A DNA stretch of 57,375 nt, from IMG/VR virus record IMGVR_UViG_3300025671_000076, positions 1-57,375 of that record. One strand, written 5' to 3'. Position numbers and translations under genes: made by a program. Shown piece by piece: positions 54,984-57,375 of this stretch. The first letter of the stretch is position 1. Each line of letters opens with the position of its first letter. The notes under the pieces were generated by a model. It had not been told where the DNA came from and did not search any database. It saw only the letters and a list, made by a program, of their open reading frames with translations. This stretch comes from a virus. Its lineage: Duplodnaviria > Caudoviricetes.

Positions 54984-57362
54984 CTATAATAGCGAAGTAA
55001 AAATGTTCCTCTGATCTACAAATCCACCTTCGTACATATAAGCTTTCATTGGTAACAAGAACTTTTTAAGTGTTGCACTATCTGCAATCAGAGTAGGCAC
55101 CATTTCATAGACATCAGGATTATTAGGCCCCAATTCTTTAATAATTAATTGACCAGAATTAGCTTCTGATTTTCTCATCTTCAATAAGTTTTCCGCTTCC
55201 TCTAAAGTATCTGCTGCAGCTAAATGATCTTCATAAATATACTCATCTCCAATTTTTTTATTGTAGTGCGCTTTACCTGCCTCTACCGATCTTCTATAGT
55301 TAGTAGAATCTTTTGATGAAATTACTTGAATAACTTTAAATGGTTTTTCTGGATTACTTTTAGGCATTGGGAACATTTCAAATTTAGCTCCATACTGTTT
55401 AGCTATTCTTTGTAAAGGTTCTACCATCAATGCAAACTTTTTAGTTTTTTCAAACTTACCATCCTTATTTTTAATTAAAGCCCTGCCATCCATTAAACCA
55501 TAATTAATCTCATCTCCAGTTTTACTAATGCTAGGCATCTTAACACCTTTGTTCATTGAACTTGGTACAATAGAGATTGCATTAATATCTCTTTCTGCCA
55601 TGGTACGTAATAAATTTTTAACTGCATAATCTGGCCAAGCTTTCGCTAAAGGTCCTGCAGTAGTTTCATCAACCATACCTTGATTCATTAGTTTACCCAT
55701 GCCTGATTTTTCTAATTGACCAATCTCATAATTTACTCTTGCAAGTTCTTGTTGTTGCTTTCTAGTCAATCCTGCAACTCCTCTACCAAGTTCTTGGTAA
55801 GGTGCAATCTTATCCATTAATTCTTGTCTTTGTTTTTTTAAAATATTTAATGGTGCATCTATGTTAAATGTATTTATTTTGTTTCTAAAATAACTATCTC
55901 TTGTACTTGCTTCAGCTGCAAACTGTGGTGAGTGTAAATCTGATTGTACTTCTGAAACTCTAATATGTCTTTTACCTGGACCTAATTTAGGATTCGGTAA
56001 ATCATCGTATCGAATAAATCCAATCTCATTATCAATGTAATGAGGTGAGTCTAGTTCTTTAAATTGTCCGCTTGTTGTATTTGGAACTCTTTTTGAATAA
56101 TACACAACATCTTCAGTAAAGTTTTCTCCTGCATCTAGCTTGTAATTATAACCCGAACCTGTTTTATATTCTGGATAAAAAGTATCTTCTTTAGATCTTC
56201 TTAATTTAAATCCTTCAGGTTTAGGAATTCGTTTACTGTAGTTATTATAGTTCCCTGTAAGTCTATTAAATTTAACTAATAGATCTGCAAACGGTTTAGG
56301 GTCATTTGCTCCTGCACCTAATTGTTGTAGATTTTTTTGTACTTTTTGAATCACAGTTGTATTAAGAGGATTTCTTTGTCCGAACATAATTGTAGCAATT
56401 GAATCTAAAGTATCATTAATGTAATTGCCTTCAGGAATTCCATCCATTCCAGAAGCTCTTACTGCATCATTAACCTCTTTTTTAAAAGTTACCATTTCTC
56501 CATCAGGATTGCCTCTAACACCTAAACGAATTGTTTTTAAATCATTTATTGGAGAGTTTCTAACCATCGTTAGTAAAGTATCTCTATCGATAGGTATATT
56601 GTTATCTTTAGCTGCTTTTAAAAAACCACCAGTTGGTTCCATAACTTCTTCATACTTTTGTCTTCCTGGTTTTTGTCCTGGAACCTCTCTTACCGGTTTA
56701 GGTTTTAATGTTTTCTTTAATGTAACGATATTTAATTCTTCTAACTCATCAGGTGCTACTCTACGAGAGACCCCTGTTAACGGACCAGTATTAACTCTTA
56801 ACTGAGGATCCATTCCTTTAGACAACCAACTAATCCATTCATCTGCAGGTGCTTTATCAAATGGTGCTTCCATGATTCTATCGTAAGTCGATGAACCTAC
56901 AATTGGATTTAAATTCATTCCTGTTCTTGTAGAAGAACTATAACCTTTACCTTGTGTGAAAGGTATATTAATGACTTCACCAAATTTTGATTTAGTTAAT
57001 GCAGGCACTGGAGTTGTAGTAATTAACTCTTTGGATTGTCCGGTGGCCGTTGGTATGTTACCTATCTCATTTGGTTTAGTTGATGAGACAGGAATGTTTT
57101 CTACTCTTGATTTAGAAGGTAATGAAAACTTTGTGTATACTTCTTTTTCTTTTGGTCTTTTTAAAAATTGTCTAACTCCAGGTATTCGTCTTGCTAGAAT
57201 GCCTGTTCCTACTATACTAGCACCGAGTGCTGCTAACCCGCCAATCGACGACGGCTCCGTGTCATCAACAATGATAGACGAATCCTGTTTGACCAGTGGC
57301 GTTGAGCCTCGTTTAATTTGACTAACAAAAGATTCAAACGGATCATTGAATGGGTCGGCCAT
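54984..57362 (-). CDS. Large putative internal virion protein with E-x-QSD motif
   Basis: 792 aa; HY...GFIRYDD...SEVQSDLH...W-x-x-x-A-x-K; terminal MYEGGFV. Confidence 0.6.
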   Translation of the reverse strand: MADPFNDPFESFVSQIKRGSTPLVKQDSSIIVDDTEPSSIGGLAALGASIVGTGILARRIPGVRQFLKRPKEKEVYTKFSLPSKSRVENIPVSSTKPNEIGNIPTATGQSKELITTTPVPALTKSKFGEVINIPFTQGKGYSSSTRTGMNLNPIVGSSTYDRIMEAPFDKAPADEWISWLSKGMDPQLRVNTGPLTGVSRRVAPDELEELNIVTLKKTLKPKPVREVPGQKPGRQKYEEVMEPTGGFLKAAKDNNIPIDRDTLLTMVRNSPINDLKTIRLGVRGNPDGEMVTFKKEVNDAVRASGMDGIPEGNYINDTLDSIATIMFGQRNPLNTTVIQKVQKNLQQLGAGANDPKPFADLLVKFNRLTGNYNNYSKRIPKPEGFKLRRSKEDTFYPEYKTGSGYNYKLDAGENFTEDVVYYSKRVPNTTSGQFKELDSPHYIDNEIGFIRYDDLPNPKLGPGKRHIRVSEVQSDLHSPQFAAEASTRDSYFRNKINTFNIDAPLNILKKQRQELMDKIAPYQELGRGVAGLTRKQQQELARVNYEIGQLEKSGMGKLMNQGMVDETTAGPLAKAWPDYAVKNLLRTMAERDINAISIVPSSMNKGVKMPSISKTGDEINYGLMDGRALIKNKDGKFEKTKKFALMVEPLQRIAKQYGAKFEMFPMPKSNPEKPFKVIQVISSKDSTNYRRSVEAGKAHYNKKIGDEYIYEDHLAAADTLEEAENLLKMRKSEANSGQLIIKELGPNNPDVYEMVPTLIADSATLKKFLLPMKAYMYEGGFVDQRNIFTSLL

Positions 57363-57375
57363 TATTTTACTCCAT

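Noticed and set aside
3931-57321. Many plus-strand ORFs antisense to large genes (e.g. 3931..4272, 26450..26899, 37327..37920, 51674..52171, 56425..56805)
   Set aside because: Shadow ORFs produced by codon bias of the minus-strand genes; no SD or recognisable motifs
1-57375. tRNA genes, integrase, reverse transcriptase/DGR, alternative genetic code
   Set aside because: No cloverleaf, recombinase or RT motifs were seen; long genes are intact in the standard code and all three stop codons are used

Overview
The window is an AT-rich, near-complete genome of a tailed dsDNA phage, most likely a marine short-tailed phage. Gene content and order recall the HTVC023P/uvMED-type pelagiphage group; this is from recollection and needs a search. 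Almost all genes are on the minus strand. Reading right to left they are: a large virion protein, portal, small basic core proteins, holin-like protein, methyltransferase, GroES-like chaperonin, scaffold, Mu-gpT-like major capsid, lysis genes (M15 peptidase), tail adaptors/fibres/nozzle, five 2OG-Fe(II) oxygenases, two glycosyltransferases and ejection proteins. The replication module follows (exonuclease, SNF2 helicase, SSB, AEP primase, UvrD helicase, Leu762-type PolA), then a PAPS-reductase-like gene, terminase small subunit and a repeat-rich early region at 1-3.3 kb. No large terminase, integrase, tRNA or CRISPR array was seen. The most notable unexplained signals are: (i) a bipartite CCTGARCTG + (AACGAG)n repeat system written over coding and non-coding DNA at the left end, linked to a strand-polarised heptamer that flips orientation around a TGTCACA iteron cluster; (ii) an early-region hairpin RNA whose loop is complementary to the ribosome-binding sites of the scaffold and GroES genes; (iii) a double-pseudoknot leader RNA after the capsid gene; (iv) a shared x-x-x-G-G motif and an identical PGDTGGEGG peptide across virion proteins.
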